From: Orbicella franksi
Lineage: Eukaryota
Assembly: GCA_964199315.1 (NCBI GenBank)
Contig: OZ116702.1
Location: forward strand, 20,522,001-20,586,000
Direction: 5' to 3'
DNA length: 64,000 bases
Below the pieces are notes generated by a model. The model saw nothing but the letters and a program-made list of their open reading frames with translations, made no database searches and had not been told where the DNA came from. Shown here piece after piece: positions 46,423 to 57,746 of this stretch. Each line of letters starts with the position of its first letter. The first letter of the stretch is position 1. The translations under genes and the position numbers were made by a program.

Positions 46423-49300
46423 AAAATATTTTGAGGAGAAAGTTATAACAGCAGCGAGATGTGACGCTTATTTTTCAATTTCGTTTGATTGAATACGTTT
46501 GGTATATCCTTCCTCGAAGTTTCAACCCTAACTCATGATATGGTTCTTGTTAAGAAATCATCATGGGCTCAATCTAGAGGCAATAAGTCAATTCCACGGA
46601 GCCAAACACCACCTTAACATGCGTTCCAAGAAGATTTTCACAATCCAAATGTCCTTTTTTCGCGGTACGATTTTAAAATATTATTTCCTTGATTGTAGCA
46701 GCTAAGAACGACGTCTTAGAAATATAAGAAGAATAAAGAATATATTAACAGCCACACTGTATATAATCATCAGATTTTTGTCGATTGCTTTGGTTGCTAG
46801 GATTGACAAATTAACATAAGTGAAAGTAGAATTGAGTGAAAAAAATATTAGACTTTGAACTGAAATCTTCTTTGTATTTAAATATATTTTTGCATTTCTA
46901 GATTTTTATTTTTTCCCTCGAAACTTTTGGTTCCATAAACTGAGCTTGTAATCAACAAAAAAGAAAATATGCAAGATTTCGGTTTAACGTTAAAAAGCTG
47001 GTGCAGTTTAAATCAAAATAAAGTGGGGTAACATTTGTCTGATGCAAATTTTTAGACGCCTGTACAAATAATACTTCGACCAACTGACAAATTGCTTTGC
47101 GAATGAGTCACAGAAAAAAACATTTACTCCAAGACTGCTTTTTATCTGTTTACTTTCGCTCTTTTTCAGCTTCTTTGCTTTAGGTTATTTTTGCTCCGTT
47201 ATGCTTCAGTTTTTCGACCATGAGCCGGGTCACTTCTAACAGGACAAGTTACCCGCATTAAGCAGTATTCGCGAGACTGTCACGCAAGCTTTTGCTATGA
47301 GTTTGGGAGGGGGGCTTAGTGACTCATAGGCATAAAAAAAGACACCTTTTACAGATAATAACGTAAATACTGGCTTAAGCACATTGTTGGCATCCGTGAT
47401 ACATCTATGTTGTTTTAATAGCGAAACAATACCCGTAAGGTTTGCCTGTCGATCAGGGGATTCATATATAGACACCTTTTATGACGTTTTGAAAATTAAG
47501 GTGGCTATGAACCCTAAGTACAGGATTTTTTAAACTTTGCCACAAGTTGCGTCTTATCCTGCCAGGGCCCATGATCCTGCTTATCAAAATTTGGTAGTAT
47601 AAAAAAATTTCATCGTGCCGTTTTTGAATTATAAGCGCTTAAGGTGGCCAAACTCAGTGTTTCATTCATCTTTTCCTCCAAAACCCTTGATCCTTTGGTC
47701 GCCAAAAATGGCAACACGCAAGTTAACAAAAACTTTGGTGTTTTGATAGTTATGGCGTACGTCCCATTGCCATGGCAACATATATAAATAGAAACAAGCC
47801 TTAAAAATCAGTTTTGTTTATTTGCAGAAAATCGAGTCATGAGGTTTTCTTTGTCATTTGCATGCAACAAGCTTGTAACGATGCTCACAAGTTAAGACTA
47901 TTTGAATTTATATTAGTTTAACACAGCAATCTTTAATCACCTTGTTGAAGGATAACTGGAATATCTAGGATTTTCTCTGTTAAATTTCAAAAAAAAATTC
48001 ATACTCCAGGTACTTATTTCCTGAGGCATTTTTGTGCCAAATATCGTGAAATGAGTGGTTCCCACTGATTGACTAAAAAAGATTCAACGAAATGAAACTT
48101 CATTTGGAGGCTTCCAAGATCTAACCAATTGCAGCCATACAGCTCTGACAAGCTCTGAAGGTCGAAAAAAAAATAGTGACATTTTTCATGTCATCATCAT
48201 TACTTTCGGCGGGTGCCTTTCGCGAAGAATTCTTACGCGCGTCAGTTTCAATAAAACGAGGAAGCATGTTTCCAGAAACATTCACAGCGCGTGCGTATGA
48301 GTGCATGTTTCCCCAACGTTCCCGGTTTTGCCATACGGAAAACATTGTTTCCAGCATCAAATTTTGCTTCCAAGATGCAGATTATGCTTCCGCTACACGG
48401 CAGACAATTTTAACGAGAATTCGAACTGGCGAGCAGTTAGAAAAATTGTGCGAGCACGAACAAGTGAGCACTCATCTAATTTTTGCGAGCGATTCGAGCA
48501 AAGGCAAAATTTTGCGGGCACCTTTATATTGAATAGGACCATTCTATACCCTTAATTAACGTTCGCACACGTATACTTGCTCGCGTCTAGTTGTCGTGAC
48601 ATTATTCTGAGCAAGAAAATGCGTATAAAACTGTGAGAGTCGATCAAGTTCTTGGCAGTGTACATTAAGCGCCTCAGCCAGCAAGATCTGGGAACATTTC
48701 ATCGTCAGGTTTGATCGACCGGCGAGTCTCCAGCGAAGAATGAGTAATAATGAAATAATAATTACAAGGGATTTGGTTCGTTCGGGTTACAGAATTTTTG
48801 TAGAATTCATCTTGACGATTTAAAATATTATCTTTATTTGAATTCATTAAATGATTCTGGTGATCGCTGCCGATTTGAGTCGAAGTTTGAAATCGTTCTT
48901 AGTCTGTTTACACGTACTTCGCGAACGATCGACTCGATTCGCGGCACTTCGCATTTGTGTATAGTCTACTGATCTGAACGAATAGCCACCGCAAAAATTA
49001 ATATGTGAGACTTTCGTCGGCGAATTGCCATCCAAATAGTTATCCCAAGTCATGGTATTGTGAAATTCTTTCTTCAAATCTTCGAAGCGATTCCGGTTTA
49101 TTTAGGTCAGCTTTGCATTCCCTGTGGAATGAGTACGCTACATCAACTGGAGTTTACAAGCTCATGGAAACATTATTTCAGAGTTAAGAATCTGAAGAAG
49201 TTTGGATGATAAACGTGCAATATAGCTAAACAACTTTAAGATCGCCAAGAAAAGATTATTTCATTGACATGTATATGTTATTGGCCGGCTGGGAGGTCCA

Positions 49301-49390
49301 TATAGTGAAAAACTGTGACCGAGGTCTTGAAAACGATGCCCGAGGCCCCAGGCCCCATTTTCGAGCCCGAGGTCACAGTTTTTCACTATA
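49301..49390. repeat. Hairpin within an interspersed repeat
   Basis: Perfect 20-bp inverted arms tatagtgaaaaactgtgacc / ggtcacagtttttcactata. Confidence 0.75.
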
Positions 49391-50423
49391 CGAACCGACC
49401 CAAAGCCGGACAATAACATTTCTATCATTTTTTCTTGCGGTAAATTGGCTTACAAGTGCGTTTGTTTACGCAACTTTGTCATTGAATTGGCTTACGCGCC
49501 GTGCACAAACCATTCGAAAATAAATCTAACGAGCGAACGAGCGAGTAACTCAGGTGCTAGGCAAAGAAAGATGTATTAAAGACCATTAAAGTACAGATTT
49601 ATTTCGAACTAGTTTATGTTAGTTGCATGTAGTTCACTAGTTAAGTTCTCCGAAAATGTTTTTCCGATGTGAAATTTCGTTCAAAGATTGAACTTGTACT
49701 ACAAAAACAATTTCTTCAGTCGTTGCGAATCACTCGAAATCAGAGTTTTCTACCGTAAATCGAGTAGCACATAGCGAGGAAATTCGTTAAGTATATTCCA
49801 CAGAAATTCTTTCAAATACAGCAATGATCATAGAGATAAACTCAACGGCAATTGACTCATTTTTTTACTTAAAATTGTACAGAGAGACAGGATTACGCGC
49901 CATTACAGCGCCGAGCTTCAAAGAGCCAAACAAACTCTCAACCTCAAAAAACTCAATTGAATTTACTTACTGTGACTTTCCTTGCCATTTAAAGTGAATA
50001 GAGATAAACTTGCGTTGATTAATTGTCGATGGAAGTGTAAAAAGGGCGAAAGATTGACCATTACCACTAATTCGTTCACGAAAATAAACTGATCAACTTG
50101 ACGGATTCCGCCCGCTCCAGCAACCAATCAGATTGCAGGATTTGTTGAATTGGGCCTGCTCATGAACTGAGAAAAAGATAAACTACGGAAATTCATTAAA
50201 GTGCCTATGAAGTGAAAATTGTTTTTGTCTAGTTATAATATTTACCTTTTGAAAAACAAGATTCTAAAGTTTGAAACGTCTAGCTTAAAAACTAACGATT
50301 TTATAAGCGCTCAAAGTTGTACCATTTTGACCTCAAAAATGGTCTTTGAATACACACTTACGCCATAAGCCGGAAGTTACATGAAAGCGAGGCCTAAGGG
50401 CCCTTCAGTCGGCGCGAGTAATT

Positions 50424-51893
50424 ATGGCGGATGCTATGTTAGAAAGTGCAAGATCAAATAGTGCTGCACAAAAGACCCCGCATAAGTGTTGTGTCGCAGC
50501 ACTATGTACTAATAGGTCGGATAACAGAAAAGACCTCACGTTCCACACATTTCTGAAAGATTCTCAACGTAGGATGGAATGGGCAGTGAAAATGAAACGA
50601 TCTGACAGCAAGTTTAAGTCGAACACGTCTCTGTTTTGCTGCTCCGAAAATTTTGTTTCTACAGACTACAAGCGCAGTTTAACTGGGAAAAGGAAAGATC
50701 TTTTGCCTACTGCTACTCCTTCACGGTTTCAGTGGACCAAAGCGTCAAGTCATGAGATCGAAAGGGCAAAGCGATGCGAAAGAAGAGAGGCGAAATCGAC
50801 AATCACATACTCGGTTGCATGTTCAGAGAAAAAAGGTGATCCACTGGAAACCAGCGAAGTAAAAATTGAAAACGAGCATCAAAATGAAGATTTGGCAGAA
50901 GTCGTTGCAGATTTAAAACGTCAACTGTTACTTTCCAAGTTTTGTATAGAAAGATTTAAGAATAGTGATGATGATACTTTCTTTTGTACGGGTTTTCCAA
51001 ATTACAATACTCTAATGGCATTGTGGGAGTATGTTAAACCCTGTGCAGAGTCTTTAATTAGTTGGAATTTTGCTCGAAGCAAAAGCGAAGAGAACTTTAC
51101 CGCTACATTTCCATATCTACATGAAGTAGACAAAGAAAGGGAAAGGAGCCGTATTATTGATCCAATAGATCAGCTATGGATGTTTTTGACCAGAATTAGA
51201 TTAGGATTATTTGAAAGGGATCTGGCACACAGGTATGGCGTTTCTGTAGCTACAGTTTCTGATATTTTAGTGACATGGGTAAACTATCTGTACATCATGC
51301 TGGGAAGCCTGCCAATATGGGTTTCCAAGGATAAGATCAAGAAGTATCTGCCTGAGGGATTTAAAGGCCAGTATCAAGATATCCGAGGGATTTTTGACTG
51401 CACAGAGATTAAGTGTGACATGCCAAAGGACTATCAAACACATTCTGAAATGAACTCTGACTACAAATCCCACAATACATATAAAGGCTTTATTTGCATC
51501 ACTCCCAACTGTTGGGTGACTTTTGTCAGCCACCTGTATCCTGGGCGCATAAGTGACAGAGAAATTGTGGAAAAGAGTGACTTCTGTAGTCTTGTGGAGC
51601 CTGGGGATAAATACCTTGCTGACAAAGGATTTGATGTACGCGATCTCATGGCCTTGAAGGGTGCAGGTTTGTATATTCCGCCCAAAAGACAGGATCAATT
51701 CACAAAGGACGAATGCTTTGAGACTATGAGCATTGCTAATGTGAGGATCCATGTGGAAAGATCAATCAAACGGGTGAAGGCATGGCACATATTTGATCAA
51801 GTAGTACCATTGTCTATGCATGGCTGCATAAATCAGTTGTGGACTGTTGCATCATTAATAGTCAATTTTCAAAACCCTATTCTTTCAGTCTAA
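50424..51893 (+). CDS. THAP-HTH-DDE_Tnp_4 (HARBI1-like) transposase, 489 aa
   Basis: THAP-like N-terminus (CCVAALC...HTF...W...CSENF), HTH (LFERDLAHRYGVSVATVS) and the catalytic triad motifs IFDCTEI, LADKGF and RIHVERSI. Confidence 0.9.
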   Translation: MADAMLESARSNSAAQKTPHKCCVAALCTNRSDNRKDLTFHTFLKDSQRRMEWAVKMKRSDSKFKSNTSLFCCSENFVSTDYKRSLTGKRKDLLPTATPSRFQWTKASSHEIERAKRCERREAKSTITYSVACSEKKGDPLETSEVKIENEHQNEDLAEVVADLKRQLLLSKFCIERFKNSDDDTFFCTGFPNYNTLMALWEYVKPCAESLISWNFARSKSEENFTATFPYLHEVDKERERSRIIDPIDQLWMFLTRIRLGLFERDLAHRYGVSVATVSDILVTWVNYLYIMLGSLPIWVSKDKIKKYLPEGFKGQYQDIRGIFDCTEIKCDMPKDYQTHSEMNSDYKSHNTYKGFICITPNCWVTFVSHLYPGRISDREIVEKSDFCSLVEPGDKYLADKGFDVRDLMALKGAGLYIPPKRQDQFTKDECFETMSIANVRIHVERSIKRVKAWHIFDQVVPLSMHGCINQLWTVASLIVNFQNPILSV

Positions 51894-51978
51894 TTTTGAC
51901 ATTTTAAAAGTTACTGTGATTACTTGAGGTCAGTTCATGTGAACTAAATTCATTGTACAAGAACCAAATTCCTCAATG

Positions 51979-54222
51979 TTAATAAGTTTTAGGTTCATTG
52001 AACAAGAAAAAATCCAGAGCATGGTTGAAATAAAATGATTTCAATTTAGGAACCATAGTTTTGGACCACAAGTCTTTGTCAGGAAACACTCGTTGTTTGA
52101 ATATGTCTCCTATGCCTGAATGTGCCACAAAGTCAATCCATGAGAGCACAGAAAGGCCCAACTGACCCTGAAGTTGATAATAGTATGAATGGTCAGTGTT
52201 CAGAAAAATTTGCCATCTTTTGAAACCAAAAAATGGTTTGCTGAGTTTGAGCTATTGAGAGACCCATGGATCCTGCCTTTGGGTTAGTTTTTATCTCCAC
52301 TCCTCCAAACTTATCATTTGACATGGGATCAAAAACAACACGATCTAGAGATGCCCCTAAATGAGGTAGGAATGGGTTGACACATAAACCAACTTCTGCC
52401 ACTCTCAGTCCAGTATTCCCTTCCTCATGCATTTTTTGGACATACATATCTGCAACTTTGTCCTCATTTTCTCTGCCATATTTAACAAAGGGCAAGTTGC
52501 TGATATCAACTTGGTCACAGATTGCTCGGATGAATTCAGGTGTTGGCTGACTCTTTCTTTTCAAAATTTTGCCCAACTTTGACGCTGTGATGCGGTGTTT
52601 TCTCTCTTCATACCATACATTGTTATTTGCTTGATCAGTTGTCTAGGCGTAAAGCTACTGTGCTGCTTGAAGGGATACTTGAACCTTATTCAAGATGGTT
52701 GGAGCATTAGCAACAGTTTCAACAGTTTCCTCGCAACATTTGTTGGGTAGTAGAGGAAAATTAGTAAAACCGTGGCTGGGGCAACTGTTGTTGAGACACT
52801 CGGGTTCAATGGGTGTATGCCTGAGCTGACTGTCAGTAGAATTTTCTGAGTGGTTGGTAAAATGACCATCAGTAACATTTGAATTTGTTTGGGTAGGAAC
52901 TTTCATTACCACTTCCATTCATTGCTGCATTGGGTGACTGGTAAGAAATTGGATCACAGGAGGTGACAGGGTTTGTGCTACCCATTTGAAATCATTGAAG
53001 CTGTTTGTGGAGCACTGATCCTCTTGCCACTAGCCCAATCAAGGTGTTTACAGTAGGAATATTTCTGTCTTCTGGCACCATCAAAGCAAATGGAAGTTTT
53101 GGATTGATCTCTTGAAGATTTTCCTTTAATTTAACTATGGAGTCAGGGTCAATTTTTGTTGACTTCACCGGTCTAGGATCATAGAATTGATTATGTATCC
53201 CCCTTTACCTTTTACCTGGCCCATCAGATGCATGCCTTGGTTTTACAATACTTGTAGTCATTACCGGTGAACAGTTAACTTCTCTTTTTCCTCCTTTGCC
53301 CCAATGTTGCGGTTTTGACGTACATGCTCTATTGTCGCACTCTTTCAACTCTCCCTTTCTTGTCATGCCTTCCAGTTTCCAAATAACTGCCATTATATGA
53401 CAGCAGCATTCGCTTTTGGATGCTGGGCACTGACGATCACAGGATGCTGATTTAATTTTATCAGTACACGTACTGCCTTCTTGCACTGTTAATTTAATCT
53501 TGTATTTACGATCTCTCTTGTAAAAGGCCCAACAACAGGCTCTCACAAAGACATAATTTTTTTGTGGATCCTTATACACTTGTCATGGACAAATCTCATC
53601 ATTCGTAACCCTTTGTCATTTGAGTTCACAACAACATCAACATTATCATACTTCTTCATAGACTTGCCGGAATTTTTGATATGCTGAAACGCATCCATCG
53701 GAGCAAAATTTGGAAGAACTGAAAAGTTATTGTTGAAAACTTCATTCGCCACTTCATCCGTTGGAAACAAAACCTCTGGATTTTCGGCTGACGAAGAAAT
53801 CGACAAATTATCTGCCACGTTTTCTTTAACATTTCCTAAATGTCTTCGAAGTTTCGCCTTTGTGTAGCTCTTTTCTGGGTCTGGGTCGTAAACATTATCA
53901 CGGTATTTCGGTATGGCCTTGAATGCCAGCACTCTGTCATAAAAAGGAATAAAAATGAAACTTCAAACGTAAGTGCATTAAATAGCAGCAATAGTAAAAT
54001 GTAAACATCAACCTGCAGCTGTCACTGGCCGAGTTATTACTTTTCTAACAATTGCTTCTTATTTCCTTGCTGGTTTAGGCGTCTACATTTCAACCAAAAC
54101 TTTAATTTTTCCACTGTCCACTTTCCAATCTGACTTTCATTTTCTATGACTGCACCAGGAATATCTTCTGGTTTCAACTTTTCCACTTCTAAATTGCGAA
54201 TTGAAGAGGTTTCTGCCTCCAT
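51979..54222 (-). pseudogene. SAP-SWIM-YqaJ exonuclease gene of the ISL2EU element, disrupted
   Basis: ATG 54222; SAP-like (WTVEKLKFWLKCRRL); intron 54040-53934; SWIM (SASCDRQCPASKSECCCH); YqaJ motifs (HRITASKLG, GASLD, GVEIK, YQLQGQL, W.DFV). Split over several frames by frameshifts and stops. Confidence 0.85.
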
Positions 54223-54378
54223 GTTTACTCTTTCAAAGTTCGCGGGAAACATCTGGAGGGCCCTTAGGCCTCGCTTTCATGCTACTTCCGGCTTACGGCG
54301 TAAGTGTGTATCGCGCGGTCAAAATACCACGGGATAATAACCTCTGACGTCACTTTGGTGCCTCAGTCAGATCTTACA

Positions 54379-54712
54379 ATGGCGGACGTAAAGAAAGCTA
54401 AGAGAAACTGCGTGGGCGATATTGCGTTGCTGGTGCCTCTAACCAGCAAAGTTGCCGTAATACTTCGTTCACGTCTGGTACAAGAATGTATCAGTTCCCG
54501 TCTGATCCGGCTGTGAGGGCAAAATGGGTCCAGTTTGTCCGTAGACACAGACACGATTTCAAAGATCCTGCCTCAAAATACACGTCGCTCTGTTCGGTAC
54601 ACTTTGAAGACTCGTGCTACGTGCGAAGCCCATCGATTCTTAGCAGCATGGAAGCTCAGGGGCTAAAGATGAAAGCCATTCTTAAGAAGGACGCTGTGCC
54701 AACGAGGGATTC
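54379..54712 (+). pseudogene. THAP N-terminus of the Kolobok transposase, frameshifted and truncated
   Basis: ATG 54379 shifts into the frame RGRYCVAG...SCRN...YQFPSDP...W...LCSVHF (C2CH). Similarity stops after KDAVPTRD, and no DDE core remains. Confidence 0.75.
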
Positions 54713-55358
54713 TGAAATCGTCGTGTTGTGTTCTACAGGAATTGCTTTCAATCGATCCATCGAAGGTCATTTTACCAGACGCATTGGCGACTTCCCTACA
54801 GCAACGAAACTCGCGCGCACCGACTAAGTTTTCGTCATTGCATAGTTCACATTGGCACCTGAAAGACAAGTGGAAGTCATACGATGGAAGTGAGCTTAAC
54901 GCAAAAAAAGAAAAATTGAGAGATTCATGCCGAAAGATCCTTTACTTTCGGATGGAGAAAGAAAGCGGGAAGTGTAAGTTAAAAGTTCGATCTTCTATGA
55001 TGTAAATATTGACATGCTTGATACAGCAAGTCGGGTTTGTCTTCATGATTTCGCAACTTAAAGTCGGGTATTACAGCGTAAAAGTCTACGATAAAAAATA
55101 CTGTATACCAACCACGAGTTAACCGGAACTTCTCTTCTCTTCTCTTCTCGCTTCCAGCGCCGCTGGTGTAAGGCCATCTTCATCGACTTCATTTTCTTCT
55201 GTGTTTTCTTCGGCGTCTTCTGCTGGAGGTTCGTCTTGGTAGAGCCTAATTTGGCTGTAAATTACCTCGAAGTCTTCTTCCTCTCCCTCACTGGTTTCTT
55301 CGTCTTCGGGGCTGCTAGATATTTCTGAAATTTCGCTCATTTCTGTATCGCTCGACAT
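54712..55358 (-). pseudogene. P2X7 C-terminal (ballast)-like / KolX-like Cys-rich gene remnant
   Basis: ATG 55358 starts an acidic N-terminus. A frameshift lies in an AGAAG run. The donor near 55093 and acceptor at 54859 give ...NSW|CQCELC...REFRCCREV...SCRTQHDDF, the WCxCxxC...ExxCC...CxxxH pattern. Confidence 0.65.
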
Positions 55359-55618
55359 CTTTTCGTACTGAAAATACTCATTGGATACAAGAAACTCTGA
55401 CTGTGAAAACAAATGTGAGGCACCAAAGTGACGTCCTGGTATTTTTGGATTAAACTCGACCCATTCCCCTGACCATTTTTGAGGGCAAAATAGCACAACT
55501 TTGGGCGCTTGTAAAATCGTTAGTTTTAAAGCTAGTCGTTTCAAACTTTGGAATCTTGTTTTTCGAAAGGTAAATATTATAACTAAATAAAAACAATTTT
55601 CACTTCATAGGCACTTTA

Positions 55619-55912
55619 AGGTCGGCACACACGAGGGGACTAGTCCCTGCGACTTCTCCCCTGAAGAGTTTACAAGAAGGGACTGGTCGCAGGGACTTGT
55701 CACACGCACAGTTCACACGAAACGTTTAGAGGAGCAAGTCGCAAGGACTTGTCCCAAAAATTCAAACTGGTTTGAATTCGTGGGACTAGTGGCACAGACC
55801 AAAGTTAGTCCCTGCGACTCGATTTTGAAGCAAAAATGGCCAGTTCACACGATGGGACTTGTCCCCGCGACTCGTTGCAGGGACTAGCTAGTCCCCTCGT
55901 GTGTGCCGACCT
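55619..55912. mobile_element. Tourist/Harbinger-type MITE
   Basis: TIR aggtcggcacacacgaggggactag / ctagtcccctcgtgtgtgccgacct, TTA at 55616-55618 and 55913-55915, internal agtccctgcgac / gtcgcagggact repeats. Confidence 0.8.
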
Positions 55913-57588
55913 TTATTACTACTCTTCAATATCTACTCCTCTTCACTTCAGTTCAAAACTGGCGCCAATATCCTTGTTTGACGTCACTAGCCCCGATCTC
56001 CGTTACCCTCAGTCGTGTGCTAAATAATTAATAAATTCATGAAAAATCGCGGTTTTGACCAAAAACAAAACTTTTTGCAACATTTTTCTCCATACAATAC
56101 AAAGATTTAATCCCGCTAAAAATTATATTTTGAAGTTATAGGTATTTTAACGTCTTCCATCAGTTTAAAAACGGGTGGCTACCCCTACATTTTATGTTCT
56201 GAAATGGAAGTGGCAAGCCTATTCAACAAGTGATTAGTTTCTGTTTGTGAGGAAAGGCTATTTAGACTGTACTTTGGCTAAACCAGAGGAAGGCTGTCGC
56301 TAAAAGCGCTGCTGCGACGATTTTCTAATTAAAAGCATACCAAAAGTGGTTTTTATGTTACCATTTGCCATGTAGTTTAAAGATCTTTATAAATATGTTT
56401 GCATTTCTGTGTGTAAAGGCGAATTCTATGGAAATCTGTGAAGAAATATCTTTCCCTTCTTTTACAGAAAAATAGACGTCAGCATTCAGGGCTAATTATC
56501 TCAGAAAAATGCGTGTCTACCACTAGTTTTCTTTGTGGATTCCAATAACCCTTGATAAGATCTACTTTTTCCATTTAGTCTAAATTTGGCGAAAAGACCT
56601 TTGCATTGAGAAAGACACCGTCCTTAAGGGTGTTTTAAGTGTGTTGCTATGGTAACCTATTGCGTCACGAAACGTATTGCAACGTGTTTATCAATGTTTA
56701 GGCAGTTTTTTGCTACCATGATTGTAGCATCAACTGATAACGAATGGTTATAATGGCCCATCAAAATCTAATACTTGGAAAGTGATGGAAACTGTTTTGA
56801 ACCACCTTAAGTCCGAGGTTGTCACGTCAGGATATTTCTAAGCCTCCATCTGAGTTTCACCGTCCACTGACCTGTAAAGTACAAAGGCCTCGGTGTTCAG
56901 TGGAAACCATCACTCTTTTAATATTGAATTTAACAAAGTAAACTCTCCATTTTGAACTTCACTGGGAAAAGTGAAAGCGTTATGAGCATTTTACACAACT
57001 TGGACTACGGGTAGTTGGGTTTTGTTCCGGAAATCCTGGACACGTGGGACTGAGTTAAGAATATGCAAATTTAATAGGGAAAGAAACGAGGAGAGAATAC
57101 CCGCGCCCCTCATCACTCACTCACTCGTCGCACCCTAGGAAACGAAACTTGTTCAACGCCAAGAATAATAACAACTTGTTTAAGAACTCTTGCCACAAGC
57201 GGAGTACCATACTCATGGGAACCCGTGTATCGCTTCTCTCATCGTCATTTTGGCAAGCGGTATTGCTCGTGGGCGCGTACGCACGACGACGACGACGGCG
57301 ACGTCGCGCAACGTGGCAGCCATGCCCCAGCTAATAGGTTGACCGAGCTTTGGCATGGATTATAGCGAACTTCCTTGATATTGGACATCCATGTCATGGT
57401 CAATTGAAACCTGTAATATCAAGGTATCCGCTGACCTGTATCACGAGACCATATCGCGGGTTTATCATCGTTATTAATCGGGAACTCAGTGAGATCACGT
57501 GTTTTTTTAAGTGGACCGCTGTCCAAAATACTGGCTTTTGATTAGGTGGCGGCCTCAAGGTTAAGTATAAATATTTCTTGGATATAAA

Positions 57589-57746
57589 TGTTTTTCACTG
57601 CTTATGTTCTGTGTAGTTTGAGGTTATTCAAACTCAGAAAGCTAAACAATATAAACAGAAAACCTCAACGAAAGGTTAAAAAACTGAAATCAAAATTCTC
57701 GCTTATCCTGGGTTAGCTTAATCACACTTTGAAGAACCCGGCCCAG
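57589..57746 (+). mobile_element. Right half of the MITE family seen at 3478
   Basis: Ends ttgaagaacccggcccag and shares internal sequence with 3478-3625. Confidence 0.55.

Larger units (their letters stand above)
50352..54309. mobile_element. ISL2EU-type (PIF/Harbinger-related) transposon nested in the Kolobok element
   Basis: 57-bp TIRs (50352-50408, 54253-54309; 4 mismatches), AT on both sides (50350-50351, 54310-54311), convergent transposase and YqaJ-exonuclease genes. Confidence 0.85.
50200..55615. mobile_element. Internally deleted Kolobok-type DNA transposon
   Basis: 145-bp TIRs (50200-50344, 55471-55615; about 11 mismatches by eye), AG...CT termini, TTAA on both sides (50196-50199, 55616-55619). 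Holds convergent THAP and Cys-rich gene remnants. Confidence 0.8.

Noticed and set aside
47496-48110. Additional TTAA-GG/AG-type element ends (also near 56806 and 58888)
   Set aside because: They look like Kolobok-type non-autonomous termini, but partner ends and TSDs could not be paired within the window.
55119-55544. 141-aa ORF as an independent intact gene
   Set aside because: Its first 62 codons run through the TIR and subterminal region. The real start is 55358 and the frame breaks in an AGAAG run.
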